The translations under genes and the position numbers were made by a program. Of a stretch of DNA of 64,000 bases, positions 24,390 through 38,523 are shown one piece after another. This DNA is from Macrostomum lignano (taxonomy: Eukaryota), in assembly GCA_002269645.1 (NCBI GenBank), contig NIVC01001430.1:1-64000 (forward strand). Reading direction: 5' to 3'. Within the stretch, counting starts at the first letter, position 1. Each line of letters starts with the position of its first letter. The notes beneath the pieces were generated by a model. That model ran no database searches and had not been told where the DNA came from. It was given only the letters and a program-made list of their open reading frames with translations.

Positions 24390-25410
24390 ATATTATTTAA
24401 TTGAACACTGTATGACCAGAAAGGTAGCATTGTATGACCAGAATGGAAGCACTGTAGGACTAGTATGGAAGTACTGTATGACCAGAATGGAAGCACTGTA
24501 TGACCAGAATGGAAGCACTGTATGACCAGAAAGGAAACACTGTATGACCAGTAAGGAAACACTGTATGACCAGTAAGGTAGCACTGTATGACCAGTAAGG
24601 AAACACTGTATGACCAGTAAGGAAGCACTGTATGACCAGTAAGAAAGCACTGTATGACCAGTAAGAAACACTGTATGACCAGTAAGAAAGCACTGTAGGA
24701 CTAGTATGGAAGCACCGTATGACCAGAAAGGAAACACTGTATGACCAGTAAGGAAGCACTGTATGACCAGTAAGAAAGCACTGTATGACCAGTAAGAAAC
24801 ACTGTATGACCAGTAAGAAAGCACTGTAGGACTAGTATGGAAGCACCGTATGACCAGAAAGGAAACACTGTATGACCAGTAAGGAAGTACTGTATGACCA
24901 GTAAGAAAGCACTGTATGACCAGTAAGGAAGCACTGTATGACCAGTAAGGAAGCACTGTATGACCAGTAAGAAACACTGTATGACCAGTAAGAAAGCACT
25001 GTAGGACTAGTATGGAAGCACTGTATGACCAGAAAGGAAACACTGTATGACCAGTAAGGAAGTACTGTATGACCAGTAAGAAAGCACTGTATGACCAGTA
25101 AGGAAGCACTGTATGACCAGTAAGAAAGCACTGTATGACCAGTAAGGAAGCACTGTATGACCAGTAAGAAAGCACTGTATGACCAGTAAGAAACACTGTA
25201 GGACTAGTATGGAAGCACTGTATGACCAGTAAGAAAGCGCTGTATGACCAGTAAGGAAGCACTGTATGACCAGTAAGAAACACTGTATGACCAGTAAGAA
25301 AGCACTGTATGACCAGTAAGAAAGCGCTGTATGACCAGTAAGGAAACACTGTATGACCAGTAAGAAAGCACTGTATGACCAGTAAGGAAGAACTGTATGA
25401 CCAGTAAGGA
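24390..25410. repeat. 22-bp minisatellite (actgtatgaccagtaaggaagc), SYTL intron 6
   Basis: Direct. Confidence 0.95.
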
Positions 25411-25540
25411 AGTACTCTGTGACCAAAAGAAAAATATAAAATTCTCTATAAAGCTAAGAACGCTGTCTCACGAGTCACGACCTTTTAAGAAGGTATTAAC
25501 TATTTCAGCTAAAACTGCATACAATTTCCCTTGCCCTCAG

Positions 25541-25875
25541 GTGTCAGTGTGGCACTCCGTGGCCCTGGGCGCCAACCTATTCCTAGGCCAGGCACTCGTG
25601 CCAATGGAGCAGTGCGACCAAATCTTCTCAGGCGGCAAGCACTGGCTGCCGCTGAGGGACCGGCACACCAGTCCTGGCGGCGTGTCGCTGCCAACCCTGA
25701 TGTACCAGGGCGAGATCGCCGTATCAATTCGGTTTGAAGCCGACAATAAATCGGAAGAGTCGGATAATAACGATGAGGCTAGAGGCCGACTGGAGATCTG
25801 GGTTCGGTCCTGTAGGAAGCTGGCCTCCGCTGCTGGTGGCGCGGCCACTCTCAACGTGTCACCCTACGTGAAATG
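25541..25875 (+). CDS. SYTL4/5: Synaptotagmin-like protein exon 7, end of C2A and start of C2B
   Basis: VSVWH..NLFLGQALV..WLPL..YQGEIAVSIRF..PYVK; acceptor gccctcag, phase-2 donor TG|GTGATT. Confidence 0.9.
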
Positions 25876-25902
25876 GTGATTTTAAATGGGGTTGTGGCAT
25901 CT

Positions 25903-26518
25903 GTATGACTGAAATCATCCACTCTGTATGACTGAATTCATCCGTTCTGTATGACTGAAATCATCCACTCTGTATGCCTGAAATCATCCACTCTGTATGA
26001 CTGAATTCATCCGTTCTGTATGACTGAAATCATCCACTCTGTATGACTGAAATCATCCACTCTGTATGCCTGAAATCATCCACTCTGAATGACTGAAATA
26101 ATCGATTCTGAATGACTGAAATCATCCACTCTGTATGACTGAAATCATCCATTCTGTATGACTGAAATCATCCACTCTGTATGACTGAAATCATCCATTC
26201 TGTATGACTGAAATCATCCACTCTGAATGACTGAAATCATCGATTCTGAATGACTGAAATCACTCAGTTTGCATGACTGAAATCATTCACTCTGAATGAC
26301 TGAAATCATCGATTCTGAATGACTGAAATCACTCAGTTTGCATGACTGAAATAACCCTGTCTGTATGACTGAAATCACTCAGTTTGCATGACTGAAATAA
26401 CCCTGTCTGTATGACTGAAATCACTCAGTTTGCATGACTGAAATAACCCTGTCTGTATGACTGAAATCACTCAGTTTGCATGACTGAAATAACCCTGTCT
26501 GTATGACTGAAATCATTC
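25903..26518. repeat. 23-bp minisatellite (ctgtatgactgaaatcatccact), SYTL intron 7
   Basis: Direct. Confidence 0.95.
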
Positions 26519-26654
26519 AGCTCTCTCCTTCTCGCTTAGAGGATACAAGAGTGCACAGTATGTTGTCGGAGTGCTCAGGTTACTTAGAGTGCTCAGAAGT
26601 ACTCAGTGGTGTTGAGTCCTGCTATTCATTTTTCCAACCCGCCCCTCCTCGCAG

Positions 26655-26863
26655 CTACCTGCTCCCCAGCAGGCATCAGGCGTCCAAGCGCAAGTCCAAG
26701 GTGGTGAAAGCCAACCCGAACCCAGAATTCAACGCCATGCTCACCTACAATGGAGTCACTCGGCGCGAACTGCGCGACCGGTCCATCGAGCTGACCGTTT
26801 GGGATCACGTGCTGCTGGGGAGAAACGACTTTCTCGGCGGTGTTCGTCTTAATATCGGAGACA
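26655..26863 (+). CDS. SYTL4/5: Synaptotagmin-like protein exon 8, C2B
   Basis: (C)YLLP..KRKSKVVK..NPEFN..IELTVWDH..NDFLGGVRL; acceptor cctcgcag, donor A|GTGAGT. Confidence 0.9.
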
Positions 26864-26871
26864 GTGAGTGT

Positions 26872-27379
26872 GCTGTACATGTGGCTGATTTCTACCCTAA
26901 ATGTACATCTGGCTGATTCTCTACCCTAAATGTACATCTGGCTGATTCTCTGCCCCTAAATGTACATCTGGCTGATTCTCTACCCTAAATGTACATCTGG
27001 CTGATTCTCTACCCTAAATGTACATCTGGCTGATTCTCTGCCCCTAAATGTACATCTGGCTGATTCTCTACCCTAAATGTACATCTGGCTGATTCTCTAC
27101 CCTAAATGTACATCTGGCTGATTCTCTACCCTAAATGTACATCTGGCTGATTCTCTACCCTAAATGTACATCTGGCTGATTCTCTACCCTAAATGTACAT
27201 CTGGCTGATTCTCTACCCTAAATGTACATCTGGCTGATTCTCTGCCCCTAAATGTACATCTGGCTGATTCTCTGCCCCTAAATGTACATCTGGCTGATTC
27301 TCTACCCTAAATGTACATCTGGCTGATTCTCTGCCCCTAAATGTACATCTGGCTGATTCTCTGCCCCTAAATGTACATC
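26872..27379. repeat. 29-30-bp minisatellite (ctaaatgtacatctggctgattctctacc), SYTL intron 8
   Basis: Direct. Confidence 0.95.
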
Positions 27380-27391
27380 AATCCATTGCAG

Positions 27392-27534
27392 CTGCCCGCT
27401 ATTCCTGGATGGACGCCAGGGGCCACGAGCAGACATTGTGGACTGGCATGCTGTCAAATCCAAGCAAGTGGATCGACGCCAGTCTCATTTTGCGACCCAA
27501 TATGGACCCCCAAGCAACGCACATTGCCCAGTGA
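27392..27534 (+). CDS. SYTL4/5: Synaptotagmin-like protein terminal exon 9; total CDS 2760 nt (about 919 aa)
   Basis: WMDARGHEQTLWTGMLSNPSKWIDASLILR matches the Slp4/5 C-terminus (WMDSTGEEVSLWQKM..PGSWAEGTLQLR); TGA at 27532-27534; AATAAA near 27681. Confidence 0.85.
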
Positions 27535-28117
27535 GTTGAAATTTCTCATTGGCAAAGTATCGACTTATCTTAGTCCTCTTTCTGTCCCTTAATTATTTGA
27601 ATTACCTTTTAACTGCCAAGTCTGCTCTGGTCTATGTTTATTTATTGCTCCTATCTATATTTGCCGTTTTTTGTAAAAAAAATAAATAATTCATCTCCTT
27701 TTGCAGTGCGTGTGTATCGCTAATCTTCAAAATATGTTTTAATCACAATACGCGCTCGTAATGTTTTTGGTCGTCGAATTTTAATCAACCTTCGAATTAT
27801 TAATTTCAATTCAATTTTAGCTAGAAAAATTTTAAGTCCTTGCTTTTTTATCGAACTGTGTCTGGTAAAGTACTGTAAACAGTTTTAGCACACATTTGTT
27901 ATAATTGCTGTGTTATACCGACCTGTTAATTCTATTAATTTTAATTTGTGTGCGGAAAATGTTTGCCTATGAAAGTATAAGCCCGCGAATAATAGAGAAT
28001 ACATTGATTACTTAATGAACTTGCACCTCCCGTGAGCCATCGAAAACCTTGTTTGGAAGACTTTTAAAGTGATTTAAGCTTTTTAAACGACCCGATTCAT
28101 ATTTTTGTTGCCTAATT

Positions 28118-28253
28118 AGTTAGTTAGTTAGTTAGTTACTTACTTACTTACTTAGTTAGTTAGTCAGTCAGTCATTTAGTTAGTTAGTTAGGTAGTAGTT
28201 ACTTAGTTAGTTAGTTAGTTAGTTAGGTAGTAGTTAGTTGGTTAGTCAGTTAA

Positions 28254-28299
<46 letters not shown>

Positions 28300-28331
28300 G
28301 GTTAGTTAGTCAGTTAGTTAGTTAGTTAGTC

Positions 28332-28362
<31 letters not shown>

Positions 28363-28479
28363 CAGTTAGTTAGTTAGTTAGTTAGGTAGTTAGTCAGTTA
28401 GTTAGTTAGTTAGTTAGTCAGTTAGTCAGTTAGTTAGTTAGTTAGTTAGTCAGTTAGTTAGTTAGTTAGTTAGTTAGTC

Positions 28480-28546
<67 letters not shown>

Positions 28547-28555
28547 CAGTTAGTC

Positions 28556-28610
<55 letters not shown>

Positions 28611-28719
28611 CAGTTAGTTAGTCAGTTAGTTAGTTAGTTAGTTAGTTAGTTTGTTAGTTAGTTGGGTAGTTAGTTAGTTAGTTAGTTAGTTTGTTAGTTA
28701 GTTAGTTAGTTAGTTAGTC

Positions 28720-28750
<31 letters not shown>

Positions 28751-28827
28751 CAGTTAGTTTGTTAGTTAGTTAGTCAGTTAGTTAGTTAGTTAGTTAGTTA
28801 GTCAGTTAGTTTGTTAGTTAGTTAGTC

Positions 28828-28897
<70 letters not shown>

Positions 28898-28987
28898 GTA
28901 GTCAGTTAGTTAGTTAGTTAGTTAGTCAGTTAGTCAGTTAGTTAGTTAGTTAGTTAGTCAGTTAGTTAGTTAGTTAGTTAGTTAGTC

Positions 28988-29054
<67 letters not shown>

Positions 29055-29103
29055 CAGTTAGTCAGTTAGTTAGTTAGTTAGTTAGTTAGTCAGTTAGTTA
29101 GTC

Positions 29104-29134
<31 letters not shown>

Positions 29135-29190
29135 CAGTTAGTTAGTCAGTTAGTTAGTTAGTTAGTTAGTTAGTTTGTTAGTTAGTTGGG

Positions 29191-29238
<48 letters not shown>

Positions 29239-29239
29239 C

Positions 29240-29270
<31 letters not shown>

Positions 29271-29351
29271 CAGTTAGTTTGTTAGTTAGTTAGTCAGTTA
29301 GTTAGTTAGTTAGTTAGTTAGTCAGTTAGTTTGTTAGTTAGTTAGTCAGTC

Positions 29352-29438
<87 letters not shown>

Positions 29439-29439
29439 C

Positions 29440-29470
<31 letters not shown>

Positions 29471-29639
29471 CAGTTAGTTTGTTAGTTAGTTAGTCAGTTA
29501 GTTAGTTAGTTAGTTAGTTAGTCAGTTAGTTTGCTAGTTAGTTAGTCAGTTAGTTAGTTAGTTAGTTAGTTAGTCAGTTAGTTTGTTAGTTAGTTAGTCA
29601 GTCAGTTAGTTAGTTAGTTAGTTAGTTAGTTAGGTAGTC

Positions 29640-29704
<65 letters not shown>

Positions 29705-29719
29705 TTTAGTTAGGTAGTC

Positions 29720-29765
<46 letters not shown>

Positions 29766-29766
29766 G

Positions 29767-29814
<48 letters not shown>

Positions 29815-29815
29815 C

Positions 29816-29889
<74 letters not shown>

Positions 29890-29911
29890 GTAGTTAGTTA
29901 GTTAGTTAGTT
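28118..29911. repeat. (TTAG)n microsatellite, about 1.8 kb
   Basis: Direct, with TCAG/TTTG/GTAG variants. Confidence 0.95.
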
Positions 29912-30744
29912 AAAAAGACACGATCTACTAATCAGTAGTGCATAACCGACTGAACGAATACAATAAAAATATACCTATTCAGCTTTTAAACATTGCATTG
30001 ATACTGAACTACTAACAGTAGTGTGTTCAAAGTTTCGCCTCTTAAACCTCTGATTTTTTCCCTATGGGGAGCTTCGATTTGGGGAGGTTAGATTGATGAG
30101 AAAAAAATACTTCCGATGCCTCGAGGTGCAGTCTCCGAACTATACGAGCTAAATACCCCAAACTTCATCGCTAATGACGTGACACCCCACAATGCCGCTC
30201 GTTATAGACAAATCATTGTCACCAAGGCACTGCTGTGTAGCCACCCCCACTCGGTTCCCCTCTCAATCGCGCTTGTCTAAGAGTATTAATGATTGACATC
30301 TGTCAGCACTTGAAAATCAACATTGACAACTTCTTGTGAGTCGGCTTTAGCAAGAAATTTGGAATGAGGTGGGGAGGAAAGAGGGGAGAGGAGAGGTGTG
30401 TTATGCGGGAGCACAGTTTTGAAGTGGGTGCTTCAAAACTGTGCTCCATTGCGACATGTCTCCAACTCTAGCCCTTGACGCGATATGTCCAACATAGTGG
30501 AACATTACTATGCATTATTAATATAGTGAAATACAAGCGATTAAGCCACCTTTATAGGAGGGATTTTAACATGCTCTCGAGCATGGAGTGACAAATACGC
30601 AAAGCTTCTACTCAACTATACGCTGTTTGAATTGAAATTCTGCTCAAGTTTAACTTGCGTCATTCAAATGGCGATTAGTGCGATCTCAGCGGATCAATAT
30701 TTAAGTAAATAAAATGTATTAAGCTGATTAGGTATAAAATTTAT

Positions 30745-31168
30745 TAGGGGGCGCCAATAGGGGCGCTAGTAGGGGGCGTCAGTAAGAGGGCGCTAGTAGG
30801 GAGGGGACGCTAGTAGGGGGCGCTAGTCAGGCGCTAGTAGGGGGCGCCAGTAAGGGGGCGCCAGTAATGGGGCGCTAGAAGGAGGCGTCAGTAAGGGGGC
30901 GCCAGTAAGGGGGCGCTAGTAAGGGGCGCTAGTAGGGGGCGCTAGTAGGGGGCGCTAGAAGGAGGCGTCAGTAAGGGGGCGCCAGTGAGGGGGCGCTAGA
31001 AGGAGGCGCCAGTAAGGGGGCGCCAGTCGGGGCGCTAGTAGGGGGCGCTAGTAGGGGTCGCTAGTAGGGGTCGCTAGTAGGGGGAGCTAGTAGGGAGCGC
31101 TAGTAGGGAGCGCTAGTAGGGGTCGCTAGTAGGGGTCGCTAGTAGGGGGCGCTAGTAGGGGGCGCTAT
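30745..31168. repeat. G-rich 13-14-bp minisatellite (gggggcgctagta)
   Basis: Direct. Confidence 0.9.
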
Positions 31169-31789
31169 TAGTTTCTCTTCTTTAAATTTCCTTCTTTATC
31201 CCTCCTCCTTCCTTCAGTATTGAAATTCCAATGAAAACAATATTTATTAATTGCAGTGAGCACAACACTGCTGGAACTGTTTTGTTCTCATACCATACTT
31301 TCTTAAGTGCTATTAGTGCTATAGACATGTATTGATGAGGCTCTCAGTTGAGCCAGGACCGGTCAAGCCTTTGACAACAGCTCAAGAGAAAGCTCCACTT
31401 TTGGAGAACAAAGTTGCCGCTCTTGTGACTGGCAGGTGAGAAGGAAATTAATAAAACTCTGACAGCCGCGGCCTTGAGAAATATTAGCTGTCAATCAAAC
31501 TCTACTCACAGTGTTAACTGCAACCAGTTGACAAGCGATCCCACAAGATTCTTTCAAGACTGTGACAGTTTTATAATTAGAAATTCTGTCAAAATTGTCA
31601 ATTTGTCTTGATCGGGTTTGTGATTTATTATACAATACCTGGACCTCAAGCCCTGCACTTAATTCGTGCTGTCAGTTTAAAAAAAATTCATAAATTTATC
31701 ATGTGAGTAAAGTTGATTGATTGATTGATGCATTAATTGATTGATTGATTGGTTCATCATGTCTATTGCTTATAAATTTGCATCTATTT

Positions 31790-32710
31790 GATATCTTATA
31801 GACACAATCTACTGATCTCTATAGAATCAAGCTACTGATATCTATAGAAACATGCTACTGATATCAATAGACACAATCTACGGTTATCTATAGACACATT
31901 CTACTGATATCTATAGACACAATCTACTGATATCTATAGAATCAAGCTACTGATATCTATAGAAACATGCTACTGATATCAATAGACACAATCTACGGTT
32001 ATCTATAGACACATTCTACTGATATCTATAGACACAATCTACTGATATATATAGACACAATCTACTGATATCTATAGACACAACCTACTGAAATCTATAG
32101 ACACAATCTACTGATATCTATAGACAAAATCTACTGAAATCTATAGACACAATCTACTGATATCTATAGACACAATCTACTGATATCTATAGACGCAATC
32201 TACTGATATCTATAGACGCAATCTACTGATATCTATAGAATCAAGCTACTGATATCTATAGAAACATGCTACTGATATCAATAGAGACTATCTACGGTTA
32301 TCTATAGACACATTCTACTGATATCAATAGACACATTCTACTGATATCAATAGACACAATCTACTTATATCTATAGACGCAATCTACTGATATCTATAGA
32401 CACAATCTACTGATATCTATAGAAACATGCTACTGATATCAATAGAGACTATCTACGGTTATCTATAGACACATTCTACTGATATCAATAGACACAATCT
32501 ACTGATATCAATAGACACAATCTACTTATATCTATAGACGCAATCTACTGATATCTATAGACACAATCTACTGATATCTATAGAAACATGCTACTGATAT
32601 CAATAGAGACTATCTACGGTTATCTATAGACACATTCTACTGATATCTATAGACACAATCTACTGATATCTATAGACACAATCTACTGATATCTATAGAT
32701 ACAATCTACG
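31790..32710. repeat. 23-bp minisatellite (tctactgatatctatagacacaa)
   Basis: Direct, with recurring variant blocks. Confidence 0.95.
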
Positions 32711-33384
32711 GCAAACTACGTCTGTTTTGATCTAATCAGTCAGAACCTGTCGCTTAGACTCAAATATGATTGAATGAGTCATATTTTAGTAGCTCAAATA
32801 TCAGATTTTAAAGCGGGAGATTTATACAAAAAATAGATGAAATAGAATGCTTTTAGGCGCCCGTTGATGCATATGATGCCGGGTGGGTCTGACTTTACAG
32901 GGGAGAATAAGCAGCGCCATTGGCCATTGTCTTTGTCGCGCCCATACTCGAGCTGTCTGTCTGTCAGATTTTTTATCAAGCGAAATTTTTCAACGCTTTT
33001 GTTTCTCCCGGATGCCGTTTCTCACCGTTACGGGCAATTGAATTCTCTTCAAAAGCTTTTTTTTCTCTAGATTTTATCCGCCTTTTAAAAAGGATGAATT
33101 TACGGGCCTACTCTTGAGAATTATCCCATTGTTGAGCCTAAGCAGTCCATTGTATTCCCGGGAGGTTGGGGCAGCTGTTTGCAGAAATCCCTTCGGGTCG
33201 CTTTCGATTTGATTTTTTGTTCTGACTCAAAGCAACCAAGGTCTGTTGCTTTTAGCGAGCTGGAAATGAAATAAAAACAACTGCATTTGTGAGAATTCGG
33301 GCTGGGTAGCTAAATTGGCTGATTAACACCTGTCAATGTATCCTGCTCGGCTTGATCTGCCGCCTACCTTCTCTGGCTGAAAGC

Positions 33385-34135
33385 CATCTACCCTTCACTA
33401 TCCACCCTTCTCTATCTACCCTTCTCTATCTACCCTTCTCTATCTACCCTTCTCTATCTACCCTTCTCTATCTACCCTTCTCTATCTACCCTTGTCTATC
33501 TACCCTTCTCTATCTACCCTCTCTATCTACCCTCTCTATCTACCCTCTCTATCTACCCTCTCTATCTACCCTCTCTATCTACCCTCTCTATCTACCCTCT
33601 CTATCTACCCTCTCTATCTACCCTTCTCTATCAACCCTTCTCTATCTACCCTTCTCTATCTACCCTTCTCTATCTACCCTTCTCTATACACCCTTCTCTA
33701 TCTACCCTTCTGTATCTACCCTTCTCTATCTACCCTTCTCTATCTACTTCTCTATCTACTTCTCTATCTACCCTCTCTATCTACCCTTTCAATCTACCCT
33801 CTTATCTACCCTCTTATCTACCCTCTTATCTACCCTATCTACTCTCTTATCTAACCTATTCATCTACCCTAACTATCTACCCTCGCTATCTACCCTCTTA
33901 TCTACCCTCTTATCTGCCCTCTTATCTACCCTCTCTCTATCTACTCTCTATCTACTCTCATTATCTACTCTCTTTATCTATTCTCTCAATCTACCCTCCC
34001 TTTATCTACCCCCTCTTTATCTACCCTCTTCTATCTTCCCTCTATTTATATACCCTCTCTCTATCTACCCTCTCTATCTACCCTCTCTATCCACTCTCCC
34101 CTTATCTACCCTTTCTTTATCAACCCTCTAAATCT
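33385..34135. repeat. 13-14-bp pyrimidine-rich repeat (cttctctatctacc)
   Basis: Direct. Confidence 0.9.
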
Positions 34136-34707
34136 ACTAAATGCATATACCTTTTCTCTCTACCAGATCTATCCATTTCTTATCTTTGAATCTCTTTAGC
34201 TAAAAATGCCATGGTTAAAGCAGAAATGCTCCAAAATTAGCTACTTCGGTACGGTAGCACAGCAAATGGAGGATCACGTTAACAATGCCTGCTGTTGCGG
34301 CTCAGTGCTTTGAATTTTCGGGAGAAGCAAATACCAAAGCGGATCCAGGAATTCAGGCATACGCTGACAAGTCAAATAATAGGGGGAATATCTCCTGTGC
34401 CGTGTGTGCCGAGCGAGTTGGCGGCATTATTGAAAGGAAATTGATTCCTACCCAGCGCTTGGGGTTTCCATTTAGCCGCTGTCAGTCAAATGCCGACTTC
34501 AAAGAAAATGCTCCGATTGTTCGAGACTGGATTTGCATTCGACAAATAACATTGCCCATTGAAACTGTGAAAAGCTATTGAAATCCGAATGGGCGGCTTC
34601 GTTTGAAATCTGCCAAGCTCTCTGCTTCTAGTCAACAATTATTTGCCTCTAATTTCTGCAACCAAAAATAAGCAGCCATGGTTTGTCTCCGATCCAGATC
34701 TATCAAC

Positions 34708-36333
34708 CATTCTATCCCTGATTCTATCCCTGATTCTATCCCTGATTCTATCCCTGATTCTCTCCCTGATTCTGTCCCTAATTCTATCCCTGATTCTATC
34801 CCTGATTCTATCCCTGATTCTATCCCTGATTCTATCCCTGATTCTGTCCCTGATTCTATCCCTGATTCTATCCCTGATTCTCTCCCTGATTCTGTCCCTG
34901 ATTCTATCCCTGATTCTATCCTTGATTCTATCCCTGATTCTATCCCTGATTCTATCCCTGATTCTATCCCTGATTCTATCCCTGATTCTATCCCTGATTC
35001 TCTCCCTGATTCTGTCCCTGATTCTATCCCTGATTCTATCCCTGATTCTATCCCTGATTCTGTCCCTGATTCTATCCCTGATTCTATCCCTGATTCTTTC
35101 CCTGATTCTATCCCTGATTCTATCCCTGATTCTGTCCCTGATTCTATCCCTGATTCTATCCCTGATTCTGTCCCTGATTCTATCCCTGATTCTATCCCTG
35201 ATTCTATCCCTGATTCTATCCCTGATTTAGTCCTGATTCTATCCCTGATTCTATCCTTGATTCTATCCTTGATTCTCTCTCTGATTCTGTCCCTAATTCT
35301 ATCCCTGATTCTATCCCTGATTCTATCCCTGATTCTATCCCTGATTCTATCCCCGATTCTATCCCTGATTCTGTCCCTGATTCTATCCCCGATTCTGTCC
35401 CTGATTCTATCCCCGATTCTATCCCTGATTCTATTTTTGATTCTATCCCTGATTCTATCCCTGATTCTATCCCTGATTCTATTTTTGATTCTATCCCTGA
35501 TTCTATTTTTGATTCTATCCCTGATTCTATCCCTGATTTAGTCCTGATTCTATCCCTGATTCTATCCTTGATTCTATCCTTGATTCTATCCCTGATTCTA
35601 TCCCTGATTCTATCCCTGATTCTATCCCTGATTCTATCCCTGATTCTATCCCTGATTCTATCCCTGATTCTATCCCTGATGCTATCCCTGATTCTATCCC
35701 TGATTCTATCCCTGATTCTATCCCTGATTCTCTCCCTGATTCTGTCCCTGATTCTATCCCTGATTCTATCCCTGATTCTATCCCTGATTCTATCCCTGAT
35801 TCTATCCCTGATTATATCCCTGATTCTGTCCCTGATTCTATCCCTGATTCTCTCCCTGATTCTGTCCCTGATTCTATCCCTGATTCTATCCCTGATTCTA
35901 TCCCTGATTCTGTCCTGATTCTATCCCTGATTCTATCCCTGATTCTGTCCCTGATTCTATCCCTGATTCTATCCCTGATTCTGTCCCTGATTCTATCCCT
36001 GATTCTATCCCTGATTCTATCCCTGATTCTGTCCTGATTCTATCCCTGATTCTATCCCTGATTCTATCCCTGATTCTGTCCCTGATTCTATCCCTGATTC
36101 TATCCCTGATTCTCTCCCTGATTCTATCCCTGATTCTATCTCTGATTCTATCCCTGATTCTGTCACTGATTCTATCCCTGATTCCATCCTTGATTCTATC
36201 CCTGATTCTGTCCCTGATTCTGTCCCTGATTCTGTCCCTGATTCTATCCCTGATTCTATCCCTGATTCTATCCCTGATTCTGTCCCTGATTCTATCCCTG
36301 ATTCTATCCCTGATTCTATCCCTGATTCTGTCC
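34708..36333. repeat. 12-bp minisatellite (ccctgattctat), about 1.6 kb
   Basis: Direct; generates the LILS/SIPD pseudo-ORFs. Confidence 0.95.
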
Positions 36334-36825
36334 CAAGAATCTTCCTCTGACCCCCCTTAGAAAAGAATCTTCAGTTGACCCCTTTTCTGAGGACAGCTGT
36401 TTAGCCCTCTATTAAACAAAGGAGGTCCCTTGACCCTCTTTGAACCCATCTTTAAAGTACATTGTTTCCTAAGCATTCGATCTACCCCTCACCGCAGTGC
36501 AGTGTAGCCCCCGCCCACACCGCAGGGACTTCGTCACAGAGCACTGGATCAGTTTTCATTTACAGCCACCGCCTCTGTCCAGCTCCGAAGCTCGCCGTTC
36601 CGCAAGCAATCGAAAGCCTGCTGTTGTCATAAAAAAGCATTTTTATGGGGGAGCCCCGGCTGCTGTTATTGCCCCCCCCATGCGGTGGATTCCCCAATCT
36701 CTTCTGCCTGCCTGCGTGAGAATCGGATTGTAAAACAACACGCCATGCAGTCGAGGACTTCTTGAACTAGAATTTGGACTGATCAACTCCCTCTCCTTAA
36801 ACACGCTTTGTTCAGCGTCATCCTT

Positions 36826-37557
36826 CTTGAGCCTTGGCATCTCAGCAACCCCCTTTATTGAGCCTTGGCATCTCAGCAACTCCCCATTAAGCCTTGGCAT
36901 CTCAGCAACCCCTTTTATTGAGCCTTGGCATCTCAGCAGCCCCCTTTATTGAGCCTTGGCATCTCAGCAGCCCCCTTTATTGAGCCTTGGCATCTCAGCA
37001 ACTCCCCATTAAGCCTTGGCATCTCAGCAACTCCCCACATGAGCCATGGCATCTCAGGAACTCCCCATTATTGAGCCAAGGCATCTCAGCAACTCCCCTT
37101 TATTGAGCCAAGGCATCTCAGCAACTCCCCTTTATTGAGCCAAGGCATCTCAGGAACTCCCCATTATTGAGCCAAGGCATCTCAGCAACTCCCCTTTATT
37201 GAGCCAAGGCATCTCAGCAACTCCCCTTTATTGAGTCAAGGCATCTCAGCAACTTCCCATTGAGCCATGGCATCTCAGCAACTCCCCACATGAGCCTTGG
37301 CATCTCAGCAACTCCCCACATGAGCCTTGGCATCTCAGCAACTCCCCACATGAGCCATGGCATCTCAGGAACTCCCCATTATTGAGCCAAGGCATCTCAG
37401 CAACTCCCCTTTATTGAGCCAAGGCATCTCAGCAACTCCCCTTTATTGAGCCAAGGCATCTCAGCAACTTCCCATTGAGCCATGGCATCTCAGCAACTCC
37501 CCTTTATTGAGCCAAGGCATCTCAGCAACTCCCCTTTATTGAGCCAAGGCATCTCAA
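36826..37557. repeat. ~30-32-bp minisatellite (gagccwwggcatctcagcaactcccctttatt)
   Basis: Direct. Confidence 0.9.
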
Positions 37558-37789
37558 GGTTTGCACTCCAGATCTTCCTTGGCGCCTGCCTTGCCTGCGT
37601 GCTTTGCCCCTGTAAATGAATGACTTAGACATTGTAAATCGAAGAAACTGTAAACTCTGTGCACAATGGGGTCTGAATGACACCTGCCCTTCCATAAAAA
37701 AGTATAATTTGGTAGTGAAGAAAGTTTGCAGAGGTGGGGACTTGTGGAAATATGGAATTACTGGGAGAGTAGGGAGATTCATTCAGTGA

Positions 37790-37990
37790 GATCAGATCAG
37801 TTCTATAATGTGAGATTCGTTCTATGATGTGAGATTCGTTCTATGATATGAGATTCGTTCTATAATATAAGATTCGTTTTATAATATGAGATTCGTTCTA
37901 TGATATGAGATTCGTTCTATAATGTAAGATTCGTTCTGTGAGATGAGATTCGGTCGAGAATGGTTCTAAAAGTGAAGATTCGTTCTGAGG
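37790..37990. repeat. 19-bp degenerate repeat (tgagattcgttctatgata)
   Basis: Direct. Confidence 0.85.
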
Positions 37991-38523
37991 CAAGCTTTTT
38001 TATATGGATAGTCCTGTATCTACAGTATAAATCCGTCTATTTGTCATCAGTCCATCAATCAGAAATCTACATAAGACAGTTCTAATGAATCAAATTAATC
38101 AACCGCCTATAAGCCATATGTGTGACTTCTGAATTTGGCAAGTCAAGCGTGACACAAAAAATGACTGCAAGAGAAAGTAGGAGGGCGAAATTAGGTGGGT
38201 GGAACATGCAGACTTCGAGGGTTAATTGAAGCGAAAAAATAGATCTTAATCTGCATAAAGTATGGCAAAGCTCATCTAGTACATTTATATAATTGCATTG
38301 TTAACACGCAACCATGCGATCAGAACTATGGAATCTTGAGCCCCTATCGCTTGTCAGTCAATGTCAGTCATCATGCATGCAAATGCCGTATATCGTGATT
38401 TATTATTACAAAATAATTTGACACGACTGAGTGACGAAGGTTGATTAATAGTTATCTGTCATAATCGCACCTTATCGCTTTAAGTTCGTTAATTTTATAG
38501 GCGATTTAAAACTTTCAGATGTC

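Noticed and set aside
33352-35918. LSTL / LILS / SIPD ORFs
   Set aside because: Pure tandem-repeat translations with no unique coding content.
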